NCBI GenBank assembly: GCA_950097015.1
Contig: CATNEN010000001.1
Span: 15,872,001-15,936,000, forward strand
DNA length: 64,000 nt
Origin: Macrostomum hystrix
Taxonomy: Eukaryota > Animalia > Platyhelminthes
Direction of reading: 5' to 3'
Under the pieces are notes generated by a model that did not search any database, had not been told where the DNA came from, and saw only the letters and a list, made by a program, of their open reading frames with translations. Positions 36,756-49,264 of this stretch are shown here, one piece after another (the stretch's first letter is position 1; every line of letters begins with the position of its first letter). A program made the position numbers and the translations under genes.

Positions 36756-37576
36756 TGGAATCGCATTCTGTTCCACCCTTGTCAGCAAATGTAATTTTGA
36801 CTGTTAATGTTTTGCATCAATTTGACTACAGACATAAAAATGTACAAATGTAAAAAACTGTATACTCCCTGTATCCCTGTAAACTGTATACTGATATTGA
36901 GCAGCAAAGTCCGAATAGCAAAATAAATACCGGGAATCGGGAATGATAAGCGATAAGGTTTATTTGAGGCGGTGTGTGGTCTCCGATAACAGGAGTCCAT
37001 TTTTCTTGCCGTCCGTTGCCTGAAGAACGCGTTGACACTTTAATGCCAAAACTTTGTTCTTTCGCACATTTTTACGAAATTCTTAAATCGAATTTAATTT
37101 TATAAGGCATTCGAAAGCGTGTCATTATCTTCGTAATTGCTTTTATTGTACGCGTACTCATTGACTTAGAAGCTTAGTGTTTTAGCAACAAGCATGCTTC
37201 CAGAATCACTTAATTCCCATTAATTGAAGTGACTGCTAGAAACGGTAAACATCTAGCTAGTAGAGCTCTTCTGCATGGTCACAGGACTTGCACGGCCAAA
37301 AGAGGAAGGAGCAGCTAAAAAAAACTGATAAACTGATGACTGGTCTCCCCACCACAGACAGAAGGAAAGCCGGCCTTATCTTATCCATTTGGTCTGTGCT
37401 CCCAGAGAGAGACTTCTAGAAATAACAACTTCTAGAAACTTCTAGAAATAAAAAGTCTGTGTGCTCCCCTCCCCACCCCACTTGATCGGTCCCACCCAAA
37501 CCCGTTCAGAGTCATTACACACTACACAGGAAATTATTTTGCGATTTATTTTCATCACAAAAGTATTTAATATTTC

Positions 37577-39041
37577 ATGGATATAAGTGATCAGTGGCTA
37601 ATATCTGACTGCGGAAGTGCAGACACAGCAGCGCCCGGTTTAAAAATTCGTTTAAAGCGCGTATCGACCGCCCTCAATGAGGTGAGAATTCAGAGGCAGC
37701 AAATTATTTGAGATTGTAAAAAGTTTACAACTTTTCCTTTATTCTTTTGTTATATTTCTATTGTACACTCACGTATTGCACGCATACATTGCCAGACTTC
37801 CCAACGCGCTGATCAGGTCAGGGTGACCTGCGAAACTGGCCCGGGACTTATAGTCCGATTCAAGCGACATTCTTGCGCAATTCCATCAACGGCTGAACTT
37901 CAGGTGAATGAGAATGTACGAGCGTGTTACCTGACCTGCCTGTTCAATAACTTGTCCTTCTAAGTATTCTCCTTCTCCCCTCTGCAACTATAATCTCCCA
38001 CTATAATCTTTGCATGTAGGCCCCGCGTCTTAATTTCTGTTATGCACATTCTCATGTTTCTGCATGAGAAAATATTAAAAATGTTTAATTTTTCAGACTA
38101 ACAAACGCGCTGTCCCTGAGGTCAACGTCGAATTATCCTTCTCCGACAGCGAGGAAGAGGGCGAAGGCAACTCACGCGTGGATCAATCTTTACGAATCGC
38201 CCTAGCAGTATGTCCATTAGAGGTTCGTCAATCAATTGAGTGCGGTTAGATGGTGTGGCTGTATAAAGCTGATTTTGGGGCAAAGTTTCCTTTTCTGTAA
38301 TCGTTTTTCTTTGAGTAACTTAATGAGAGAGGAGAGGATTAAGAGGGAGTAAAAAGTAGAGGCCGATTAAGTGAGATGAGATGCAAACGAGATGTCAGCA
38401 AGCAAGTGAAATGTGAGAGAGGCGATGGAGAAAAGGGCGATTTAGAAGCATGAAAAAAAACAAATTAAATCGTGTTTAACTACACCCCCGCACAGCCTTT
38501 GCCTGACCCGACCGTTAAGAAGAGGCCGGCTCAGAGGCTCAGCCGATCTAGTGTCGATTATCGTCCCCCGACATCCACTAGAGATACAACCGAGCGCATA
38601 CTGGGCATCAACGGGAAGACAGACACCGCGATCGCTGTTGCACCTGCGGGCGAGAAGGGACTGGGCGCCTTTGCGAGAATCAACCTAGCTGCGGGGGCGT
38701 TTGTCGATCAATTCGCCGGAATCCTGCTGAACGAACAGGAAGCGATTAGACGCGAATGTGAACCTAACTCCGACTGGATGCTATTTGAGTTTAAAGTTAA
38801 CGGCAAATTATGGGTAATTGACGCCAGCAACAGTGACGGATTGGGAAGGTACCTGAACCATTCTTCTACTGCTCCTAACTGTAAAGCAAAGCTCATTATT
38901 ATCGACCAGGGGCTGCGACCCGTCATTTATTTCGTGACAAATAAATATGTTGCAACGGGCACAGAACTGACGTTCGACTATACGACTGGTAGAGGTATCG
39001 ATAATGATGATCTTGTGAAGAACCCATGGCTTCGAGACTAG
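37577..39041 (+). CDS. PR-Set7/SETD8(KMT5A)-like SET-domain lysine methyltransferase (4 exons, 294 aa)
   Basis: Exons 37577-37681, 37796-37903, 38097-38222 and 38496-39041, all phase 0. Motifs KGLGAFA, IDAS, GRYLNHS..PNC, ELTFDY and a terminal PWL with no Cys post-SET domain, as in SETD8. Confidence 0.85.
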
Positions 39042-39223
39042 AAAGACACGCATGTTATTATGACTCGTCGCTTAGTTTATTTTGCTAAATCTTTAATCAT
39101 GTAACAATCATGTTTAATTATGTATATTCTTTATTACAAATAAAGCAATGGCGCATTGAGAAAATGGTTACTTTTCTGAAAAGTTTCTTGGAATTTGTGT
39201 CTTAATTTTTTTAATCGCTTAAT

Positions 39224-39650
39224 GTACTCGTACTCATTGGCATAATAAAGTAATAAAGCAAACAGGATGCTCCAGAATCATCAAGCAAGTAAATATAATT
39301 TAATAGTTTTATAACTCAGCAAATATCTTTTCCTAACAGACTGTACATATCTGTACAAATCTGTACATATTTTAATTTTTCGAGACAAATAAAAGAGTAT
39401 TTTTAGCGGCAGAGTTCTGCGGAAGTTCGGAACTGACTCGCGCCCCCAGTCTTTTAGGGATCTAAAACCAATTGAAGTGAGTCACAGAACTTGAACAGCC
39501 AAAAGAGGAGGGAGCAGCTCAAATAAAAACTGATAAGAATATTTAGAACGTAATGCATGTGGGTCTCCCCACCACAGACGGAAGGAAAGCCTTATCTTAT
39601 CAATTTGGTCTGTGCTTCCCACCCGATCAGTCCCACCCGATGTGCCACGG
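39224..39650 (+). repeat. Second copy of the SET upstream module (direct repeat of ~37148-37500)
   Basis: Shared GTACTCATTG, CCAGAATCA, GCCAAAAGAGGA.GGAGCAGCT and GGTCTCCCCACCACAGAC.GAAGGAAAGCC. A more degenerate copy lies at about 12535-12630. Confidence 0.75.
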
Positions 39651-39994
39651 CGTTCCTGCATGGCTTTCGAAGTTTCGGAGAAGGGCAATGGGGAATTTAT
39701 GAACAGGGACTATTTTACTTAGATAGACTTAAAGTTGTTTTAAAAAAGCTTGAAAACTTCATGATGAGCTTGAAGATGAACTTTCCTTCATCATGAGGAA
39801 ATCATTTGAAATCATGAAACCAACTCAGTCGTGTAGGAAATCATTTCTAGGTTGATTTTCAATTGAATCCGACTCGATAAACTGTGCTCAAATCTATTGG
39901 GACACCGACGACAGCCATATAGTACTGACATAGTCAGAGTTAAGATAAACTTTTCTAGGTGACTTTCCAGGTTAATAAGTTCGAGTCAAATAAA

Positions 39995-42900
39995 TTTGAT
40001 GATGATCCCCCAGTTGATGATGATCCCCCAGTTGATGATGATCCCCCAGTTGATGATGATCCCCCAGTTGATGATGATCCCCCAGTTGATGATGATCCCC
40101 CCAGTTGACAATGATCCCACAGTTGACAATGATCCCCCAGTTACCAATGAACCCCAGTTGACAATTATCCCCCAGTCGAAAATGATCCCCCAGTTGACAA
40201 TGATCCCACAGTTGACAATGATCCACAAGTTGACAATGATCACTCAGTTGATTATGATCACCCAGTTGACAACGATCCCCCATTTGATGATGATCCCCCA
40301 GTTGATGATGATCCCCCAGTTGATGATGATCCCCCAGTTGATGATGATCCCCCAGTTGACCATGATCCCCAAGTTGACAAAGATTCCCAGTTGACAATGA
40401 TCCACAAGTTGAAAATGATCACTCAGTTGATTATGATCACTCAGTTGACAATTATCCCCAGTTGACAATGATCCCACAGTTGACAATGATCCCCCAGTTG
40501 ACAATGATCCCCCATTTGACAATGATCCACAAGTTGACAATGATCAGTCAGTTGATGATGATTCCCCAGTTGACAATGATCACTCAGTTGATGATGATCC
40601 CCTAGTTGATGATGATTCCCCAGTTGACAATTATCCCCCAGTCGACAATTATCCCCCAGTTGACCATGATCCGCCAGTTGACAATGATCACCCACTTGAT
40701 AATGATCCCCCAGTTGACCATGATCCCCAAGTTGACAAAGATTCCCAGTTGACAATGATCACTCAGTTGACAATGATCACTCAGTTGATTATGATCACGC
40801 AGTTGACAATGATCCCCCATTTGATGATGATCCCCCAGTTGATGATGATCCCCCAGTTGATGATGATCCCCCAGTTGATGATGATCCCCCAGTTGACCAT
40901 GATCCCCAAGTTGACAAAGATTCCCAGTTGACAATGATCCACAAGTTGAAAATGATCACTCAGTTGATTATGATCACTCAGTTGACAATGATCACCCAGT
41001 TGACAAAGATTCCCAGTTGACAATGATTCCCAGTTGACAATGATCACTCAGTTGATTATGATCCCCCAGTTGATGATGATCCCCCAGTTGATGATGATTC
41101 CCCAGTTGACAATGATCCCACAGTTGACAATGATCCACAAGTTGACAATGATCAGTCAGTTGAGTATGATCACTCAGTTGACAAAACTCACCCAGTTGAC
41201 AATGATCCCCCAGTTGACAATGATCCCACAGTTGACAATGATCCCCCAGTTAACAATGAACCCCAGTTGACAATTATCCCCCAGTCGAAAATGATCCACC
41301 AGTTGACCATGATCCCCAAGTTGACAATGATTCCCAGTTGACAATGATCCACAAGTTGACAATGATCACTCAGTTGATTATGATCACGCAGTTGACAATG
41401 ATCCCCCATTTGATGATGATCCCCCAGTTGATGATGATCCCCCAGTTGACCATGATCCCCAAGTTGACAAAGATTCCCAGTTGACAATGATCCACAAGTT
41501 GACAATGATCACTCAGTTGATTATGATCACCCAGTTGACAATGATCCCCCATTTGATTATGATCCCCCAGTTGATGATGATCCCCCAGTTGATGATGATT
41601 CCCCAGTTGACAATGATCCCACAGTTGACAATGATCCACAAGTTGACAATGATCACTCAGTTGATTTTGATCACTAAGTTGATTATGATCTGCCAGTTGA
41701 CAAGTATCCCCCAGTTGATGATGATCCCCCAGTTGACAATGATCCCACAGTTGATTATGATCACCCAGTTGACAATGATCCCCCAGTTGACAATAATCCC
41801 ACAGTTGACAATGATCCCCCATTTGATGATGATCCCCCAGTTGATGATGATCCCCCAGTTGACCATGATCCCCAAGTTGACAAAGATTCCCAGTTGACAA
41901 TGATCCACAAGTTGACAATGATCACTCAGTTGATTATGATCACCCAGTTGACAATGATCCCCCATTTGATTATGATCCCCCAGTTGATGATGATTCCCCA
42001 GTTGACAATGATCCCACAGTTGACAATGATCCACAAGTTGACAATGATCACTCAGTTGATTTTGATCACTAAGTTGATTATGATCTGCCAGTTGACAAGT
42101 ATCCCCCAGTTGATGATGATCCCCCAGTTGACAATGATCCCACAGTTGATTATGATCACCCAGTTGACAATGATCCCCCGGTTGACAATAATCCCACAGT
42201 TGACAATGATCCCCCAGTTGACAATGATCCCCCATTTGATTATGATCCCCCAGTTGATGATGATCCCCCAGTTGATGATGATTCCCCAGTTGACAATTAT
42301 CACCCAGTTGACAATGATCCCCCAGTTGACAATAATTCCCAGTTGACAATGATCACTCAGTTGATTATGATCACTCAGTTGATGATGATGCCCTAGTTGA
42401 TGATGATTCCCCAGTTGACAATTATCCCCCAGTCGACAATTATCCCCCAGTTGACCATGATCCGCCAGTTGACAATGATCACCCACTTGATAATGATCCC
42501 CCAGTTGACCATGATCCCCAAGTTGACAAAGATTCCCAGTTGACAATGATCACTCAGTTGATTATGATCTCTGAGTTGATTATGATCAGCCAGTTGACAA
42601 GTATCCCCCAGTTGATGATGATCCCCCAGTTGAAAATGATCCCACAGTTGACAATGATCCACAAGTTGACAATGATCAGTCAGTTGATTATGATCACTCA
42701 GTTGACAATGATCACCCATTTGACAATGATCCCCCAGTTGACAATGATCCCACAGTTGACAATGATCCCCCAGTTAACAATGAACCCCAGTTGACAATTA
42801 TCCCCCAGTCGAAAATGATCCCCCAGTTGACCATGATCCCCAAGTTGACAATGATTCCCAGTTGACAATGATCCACAAGTTGACAATGATCACTCAGTTG

Positions 42901-43436
42901 ATTATGATCACGCAGTTGACAATGATCCCCCATTTGATGATGATCCCCCAGTTGATGATGATCCCCCAGTTGACCATGATCCCCAAGTTGACAAAGATTC
43001 CCAGTTGACAATGATCAACAAGTTGAAAATGATCACTCAGTTGATTTTGATCACTAAGTTGATTATGATCTGCCAGTTGACAAGTATCCCCCAGTTGATG
43101 ATGATCCCCCAGTTGACAATGATCCCACAGTTGATTATGATCACCCAGTTGACAATGATCCCCCATTTGATGATGATCCCCCAGTTGATGATGATCCCCC
43201 AGTTGATGATGATCCCCCAGTTGACCATGATCCCCCAGTTGACAATGATCCCACAGTTGACAATGATCCACAAGTTGACAATGATCAGTCAGTTGATTAT
43301 GATCACTCAGTTGACAATGATCCCCCCAGTTGACAATGATCCCACAGTTGACAATGTACCTCCCCTGTTGACAATGATCCCACAGTTAACAAAGATCCCC
43401 CAGTTGATCATGATCCCCCAGTTAACAATGATCCCT
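39995..43436. repeat. 18-bp satellite (CAGTTGACAATGATCCCC)n, ~190 units, with higher-order repeats
   Basis: Directly visible tandem 17-19-mers. Variant blocks recur at offsets of about 413, 537 and 1524 bp. Confidence 0.95.
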
Positions 43437-43636
43437 GAATTGCTTCAGTTCAACCAGCTGTTAAATGGGTACCAGCATCAGCTGGGATACTTGAAAGGTG
43501 GGTGTGGCGTCCCGCCAGTCCATGGACTGAACAGCTGTACGCAACCTTCAGATGCGCCGCGCCATAGCTGCAGCTGTGCTGTCGGCTGCACATCTGGCCC
43601 AATTGGGGCAGGTGTAATCAATTATTATTATTATTA
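43436..43636 (+). mobile_element. SINE family B, truncated copy abutting the satellite
   Basis: Colinear with 35585-35762, with an ATT tail. Confidence 0.75.
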
Positions 43637-45196
43637 TGGTGGTATGTAATTCTATGGTAATGTGTTTACATAATGGCGGAGTGATTTGGAGAGTCGTCCA
43701 TTTACGCTCGTAAAGCAGGTCGCTCAATTGTGAGGGCGACCGGCATTATGAATTTTGGCGCTGATTCATTTCTTAAATTCTAACAGCAACTGCGCACTTG
43801 GTGCGGCCTCTGATGCGCAAGTTGACAAGATTTTTTGGCTCAGTTGTGCCAGCTCAGTATTATTAACTTATTAAGTATTGTAGACATAGATGAGCCGCCT
43901 TCAGGAAAACGATCCCAAAAGATTCGATCGTAGGTGAAAGCACTAGCTGTGTCAGCATTATGTTTTGCTGCATAACGTTTAAATTTCGAAATTAAAGAAG
44001 TAAGAGTCAACGAAAATAAATATAAATTTCTAACGCAGTTCAGTATAAAGAATTTGTCTGACTGGCTGCTTAATTGCCGCACAAAGAACGTTTAATTTTC
44101 TGTATAAATAGTAAAAGGATGCATAGCGGGAGAAAAAAAGTAAACACCAAGTATCTGTATACATATGGGATAGGCCTGGGATAGGATTTGGATAGCACTC
44201 AAACCGGAATGTTTTGTAGAATTAAATATCTGCAGGGTACTAAATGCAAAGCAACTGAAGAAGAGTGAAATTGAACAGACGAACAGTAAATTACAGAAAT
44301 AAAAATAGGAAAGCTTAAAGAGCAATAATAAAAGAGCCCGCCTTTACTTGATAAAGGCACTTTGACTTTTTCTTTCGTACAAAATGCCTGTTGTGACTAT
44401 TAATTAGTAAAAACTTATTTTCGAATTTATTTCTCACGCCGAACAGTTATATTGCAGTGATTATGCCGCTAAACTAAACAGTACGGCAACAGTTTAATGA
44501 CGCTCGAACTTCTGAGGAGCAATCTTAGAATAGACACTAATATCAATGTCATCCGCAGCTTCCATTTCTCGACGCACCTGACCGTGTACCGGGCGTCAGG
44601 TGTTCATGGAGAATATCTGGAAGAAATTCGGAATGTTTTAAACCCAATTTACATACGAGTATTTATCTGTCTAGAATGATTGCCCTTAATCAAAATTATA
44701 AACGTATATTACCAAATTTGTAAAGGGATCAGTGTCATTGACAATACAACAACAAAACAGCAACAACAACTGTCTTTGACAATGGCAATTAGAAATATAT
44801 TTACTGATTATTGTCTACAACCGTAATGGTAGACAATACAATAGCCTGGGGAATTTCATGGTCTAACCCAACTAAATTTTGAGAGATCCAGAGGGGAAGT
44901 AAAATACACAGCAGAGATAAGAGTCTAGAGTCACTAGAGTCTAGACTAGACAAACAAAGCGTTTCTTTAGGGCAAGGACTTCTATAAATAGCATCTATAA
45001 ATAGATCGATGCTTGTATTCAGAGGTCCTTGCTTTAGGGTGGCATAGATACCTTACATTGTAACTTGATTTGGCTAGCTGTCTAAAGCGGAGACACGGCC
45101 ACAATATTTTTTCCAACAACTATAAGCAACAAAGCGGAAGCGGCCAAGAGTAATATTAACTGGTTCCTCTTAGAGGCTGTGCCAGACACTGGGACA

Positions 45197-46207
45197 ATGA
45201 ATTTTGATAGCCGAAATACAACTGAATCCCTAAAGGTAAATCTATATGATTCGAGACAGTGACTGGTTGTTCTATGGGAGACAGTGGGTATCTACTAGGA
45301 GTATATCAAAATCTCGTAGATTTTCTAGGTAGCTAGCTTATAGCTAGAAAGACAGTTACTATAGCAACACTTGATTGCGGAGAGTGGCTAGATTGTCTAG
45401 CTATGGGACACGGTGTCTAGATTGATTGTTCACGGGAGACAAGCTAATCGCAAACCCATTTATTCTTACCAGCCCGTCGATGACCTGGGCAGTCTAGACA
45501 ATTTGGACTTCGCCGTGATGCGCTGCGAATTCAGTGACCTCCAGTCTTACGAAAGCGCTGCCCTCTTCGATTTGTACAAGCCGGTTGCCAACGAAGATGA
45601 CACTGGGGCCATGAGCGCATCGGAGTCCATCTGGTCCATCGGACAGCAACAGCATCCGCAGCAGCGACTGAATGCTTCGGCGATTGATTGCTCCCTTTGC
45701 TGGGTTCATTCGCTTGATCCGCCCACTTCGCATCTCCCAACGCATGTGCAGCCGCCAGGCGTCATAAAAAGAACAAGGAAGAAGCGTGCTGGCATCGGTT
45801 AGTGTTTTTGAGCTGCGAAAATTTGGGATTTGAGAATCTTTAGTATTTAACAACAATTAGCTATCAAAACTTAGCATTGCCCAACCTCAGACAGGAATTT
45901 TTGGCTGTGGGAGTTTCTGTACCAGTTACTCGAAACTCCGTCTGTCGCTGACCTGTCGCCACAATGCTTGCGCTGGGAGAACAAGCTGGAGGGCATTTTC
46001 CAAATTCTAAACCCAACCGGCCTAGCAGAGGCCTGGGGCAGTTACAAGCGGCGGGACATGAGCTTTGAAACGATGAAGCGAGCGCTGAGGCATTACTACG
46101 AGGACAAGCTTATCACCAAGACCCACCCAAGAGACAAGCACTTTTACAAATTTCACTTCGACCACGAGAAAGTAAAACTTTTTTTAGAAAAATTACAGAC
46201 AAAATGA
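45197..46207 (+). CDS. ETS-domain transcription factor (3 exons, 226 aa)
   Basis: Exons 45197-45235, 45473-45797 and 45891-46207 with phases 0 and 1. ETS domain LWEFLYQLL...LRWENK.EGIFQIL..TGLAEAWGSYKRRDMSFETMKRALRHYY..KLITK......FYKF. Confidence 0.88.
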
Positions 46208-46522
46208 CATGTAAATCAGAAATCCCATAATTTAATTAATACCTCAGAAATCCCTACATTGCCCTAGAAATCACATGATCCAGACAATGACTCAGAATTA
46301 CATCACGGATTGCCTGATTGTCAGTTGCGCTACTTCACTCATGTAAACTATTGTTTCTTACGGCCATGTTTTGTTCTGTTTTCTTGTGTTTTCTCATATT
46401 GTCCATGCATGACTTATCATCTGTAATTAAGCCTTGATTTTGAAGACATGTAATTGAGACCGACTGTTTCCTATAAAAGTATGATATCTACGAGTACTTA
46501 TAAATGCTATACTATAAATAAA

Positions 46523-47940
46523 CTAATAGTTGCTGCACATTATTTCATAAACTAAAAAACAAAAAGCACACTTAACGTTGTTGCGAGTGCAGCCGTGGAA
46601 CTCTATTGACATGACAAGGAGTTCGTGAATGTCGCTGTCGTTCTCTAACCTGCTAAACTCGGCCAGATGCAGCTAGCCGGGACGCTGGGCAAACTTGTGC
46701 TCGACGCTGACTGAAATTCCCCATGCTGCAGAGGGTTAGATCAATTCATTTATCTCATTTTGAATTCCTAATGTGAATTTAAACTCAAACTGCTTAAGAA
46801 GAAAGTAACTGCATACCTGTACATCCGAGGTAAGAGCTAAGAGCGATGTCTCGTCGGTACATTTTCTGCCGACCACCTTGCAACACACGTCTCAGGATTT
46901 TCTGGAACGGGGAAAACTAAAATTGGAATTTCACAGTATACAGTTTTTGCTTTCGGTTGAAATTCGGTCAACTATGAATTTCAGCTACATTTCTGCAAGC
47001 CTTTAAGGGACAGATGCCAGCTATTATATCAAGTCATTCTAAGAAGCTAATTGCATGCATCTTAAGTACATCTTAAACACAAAGCAAGGTGCAATAGCTC
47101 AATAAATATGTTTGTTGTCGTGCAAAGCTAAAGCAATTTATAAATACTTAATGCATGCAGTGCATGTAATAAATAAATGAGTGTGAAATAAATATAAAGA
47201 CACGAAGGCATAGATATCCAAAAATCCTATGGCGCTGCAGTGCAGGATCGATCCTATACTCTGCTCATCATCTCATCATGCTCAGAATCAGTGCTCTGAA
47301 AGGCGAAAAGGAGTTTTAAGGCACAAATATCATTATTTAGTAAAAACATGCACCTTTAATAGTTGCTTTATCCAATGGCAACAAGGGCATGCATCCAACT
47401 CTAAGCGAATGCTTGGAGTTTGCTTATGGAATGAGCTGCATGGTTAGACACGAAGTGCGGCACGTACGACAAAAAGACTAACGTTATAGCATTTAGCTAC
47501 TATATCATATTAAAAGTGAGTGCATGTTGCTTTATTGTAATATTGTGTTTGCATTTGTGGTGTGAATTGCAGCTTGTTAAACGACGTGTAGCTAATGGCT
47601 AAAAAGAGATTTAGTTTTACCATGCACCTAGCACCAATATGAAGATTTTAAAGGAAAGTAAAACCTGCAAAACCGGGTATATCTTTTTTAGGATGTTTAA
47701 AAGCATATTTTAATAATTGTTAAAAAACTGTCAAGAATTGCGAAGAACTATTGGTATAAAAAAGCATAAAGTGGTTTAACAAACCTTTTTATTTATTTCC
47801 ACCGGAAGGTAGGTGCCGGGGCGGGGTGAAGTTGGTAGATGCCCCGGCACCTACCTTCACCTTCCAGACCACCACACGTTGGCCCTGGCCCACCGTGTGT
47901 GGCTCAAGAAGCCACGGTGAGCCAGGGCCCTGCTGCTGCG

Positions 47941-47992
<52 letters not shown>

Positions 47993-48004
47993 ATGATTAT
48001 CCAT
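46523..48004 (-). pseudogene. Orphan 3-exon polyQ gene, short or interrupted by an in-frame TAG
   Basis: Exons 48004-47855, 46901-46817 and 46725 onward are phase-compatible. (CAG)n tract at 47931-47991. TAG at 46675-46673, after which the same frame stays open to about 46523. Confidence 0.5.
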
Positions 48005-49264
48005 GGTTATCCTGATTATCCAAAATTGAGCGCTCTATCTGAAATTAAGTGGTCTCAATCAAATTCGTATCATTTTAATCAAGATCGTATGAACAGATAT
48101 TAGTATGATTATCGATTTTTAAGAGCACTCAGCACTGAAATCTCAGAGGAATCAAATGAGAAGCAATCAAAAGAATCTCGAAGGAATTAAACAAATAAAA
48201 GAAATTCAAAGACAGACGAAACAAGACTAGGTTTCGGCAAGGGTGTTCTATTAAATAAATTCAGCTGACTGGTGAGTTACTAGTTTTAATTGTAGCTCGA
48301 ACATTTTTTATCAGACTAATTTAAATGGCTAATAGTAATAAGTTTTTCAGCTATTAAAATATTCAACATTATTGAACAGGTGCTTATCACACTAGCTGGA
48401 ATGGTGGCATTTTTGACTGGCTTAAGGCAGTACTACCTATAGCAACTGCTTTCCTTACATCAGTGCATCTGAGAACTGCTGGTCACATAGTAAGGGCTTG
48501 ACTAATCATGATCCTTTTGTGAAATACTTAACACCTAACCCACAATTGATAGCTACTATCAATTGTAACTCAAATTAATTTTGAGCCATTGGTTTAAATA
48601 ATACATGTGTACAGGTTCAGTTTGTCTAAAAAGGTACTATGCATGTATTTTTTAACTTAAAAGCTTACTAAACATATATACTACCTCTGTATGTCAGACC
48701 CTAAAGTGTCATAAAAATTATAGCATTCACTAGCTATTGCTAGCTGTTGGTACTAGCTAGGGTTATTTGGTCTGCTGTATTCATGTGAGACAATTTGTGT
48801 CCTTTAGCAAGACACTTAATTTACTCTGCATTGCTTTAGTTCACCCAGCTGTTAAATGGTACCAGCATTCGCTGGGATAATTGAAGGTGGGTGTGGTGTC
48901 CCCCCAGTCCATGGACTGTACAGCTGTACGCAGTCTTCAGATGAGCCGCGCAATAGCTCCGCTGTGCTGTCGGCTGCAAATCTAGCCAGTGACCCCAGTG
49001 TATACTTGAGTTATTTGGTCTGGTATTTAGCAGCTAGGGGTCGGCAATGAGCCAGTGGGCCACTTACAGAACCTAAAAGACGACGGCTGTATTAAATGTA
49101 GGAATCTGAGAAAGGGCAGGGATTAGACATAGGATAGATGAGGCAGGGGGGAATTAGGGTGGGGGTTTGATTCCTAACTCTACTGGTACAACTTAATATG
49201 CCCTTTGGCAAGAGGCCTAACTTGCTTGCTTCAGTTCACCCTGTTATAAAATTAATAATAATCC

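Noticed and set aside
39972-43649. Many ORFs with (LGDHCQ)n or (MIPQLT)n hexapeptides, superficially like left-handed beta-helix repeats, and a CRISPR-like look
   Set aside because: They are by-products of an 18-bp satellite. Frequent 17- and 19-bp units shift the frame, and there are no unique spacers or cas genes.
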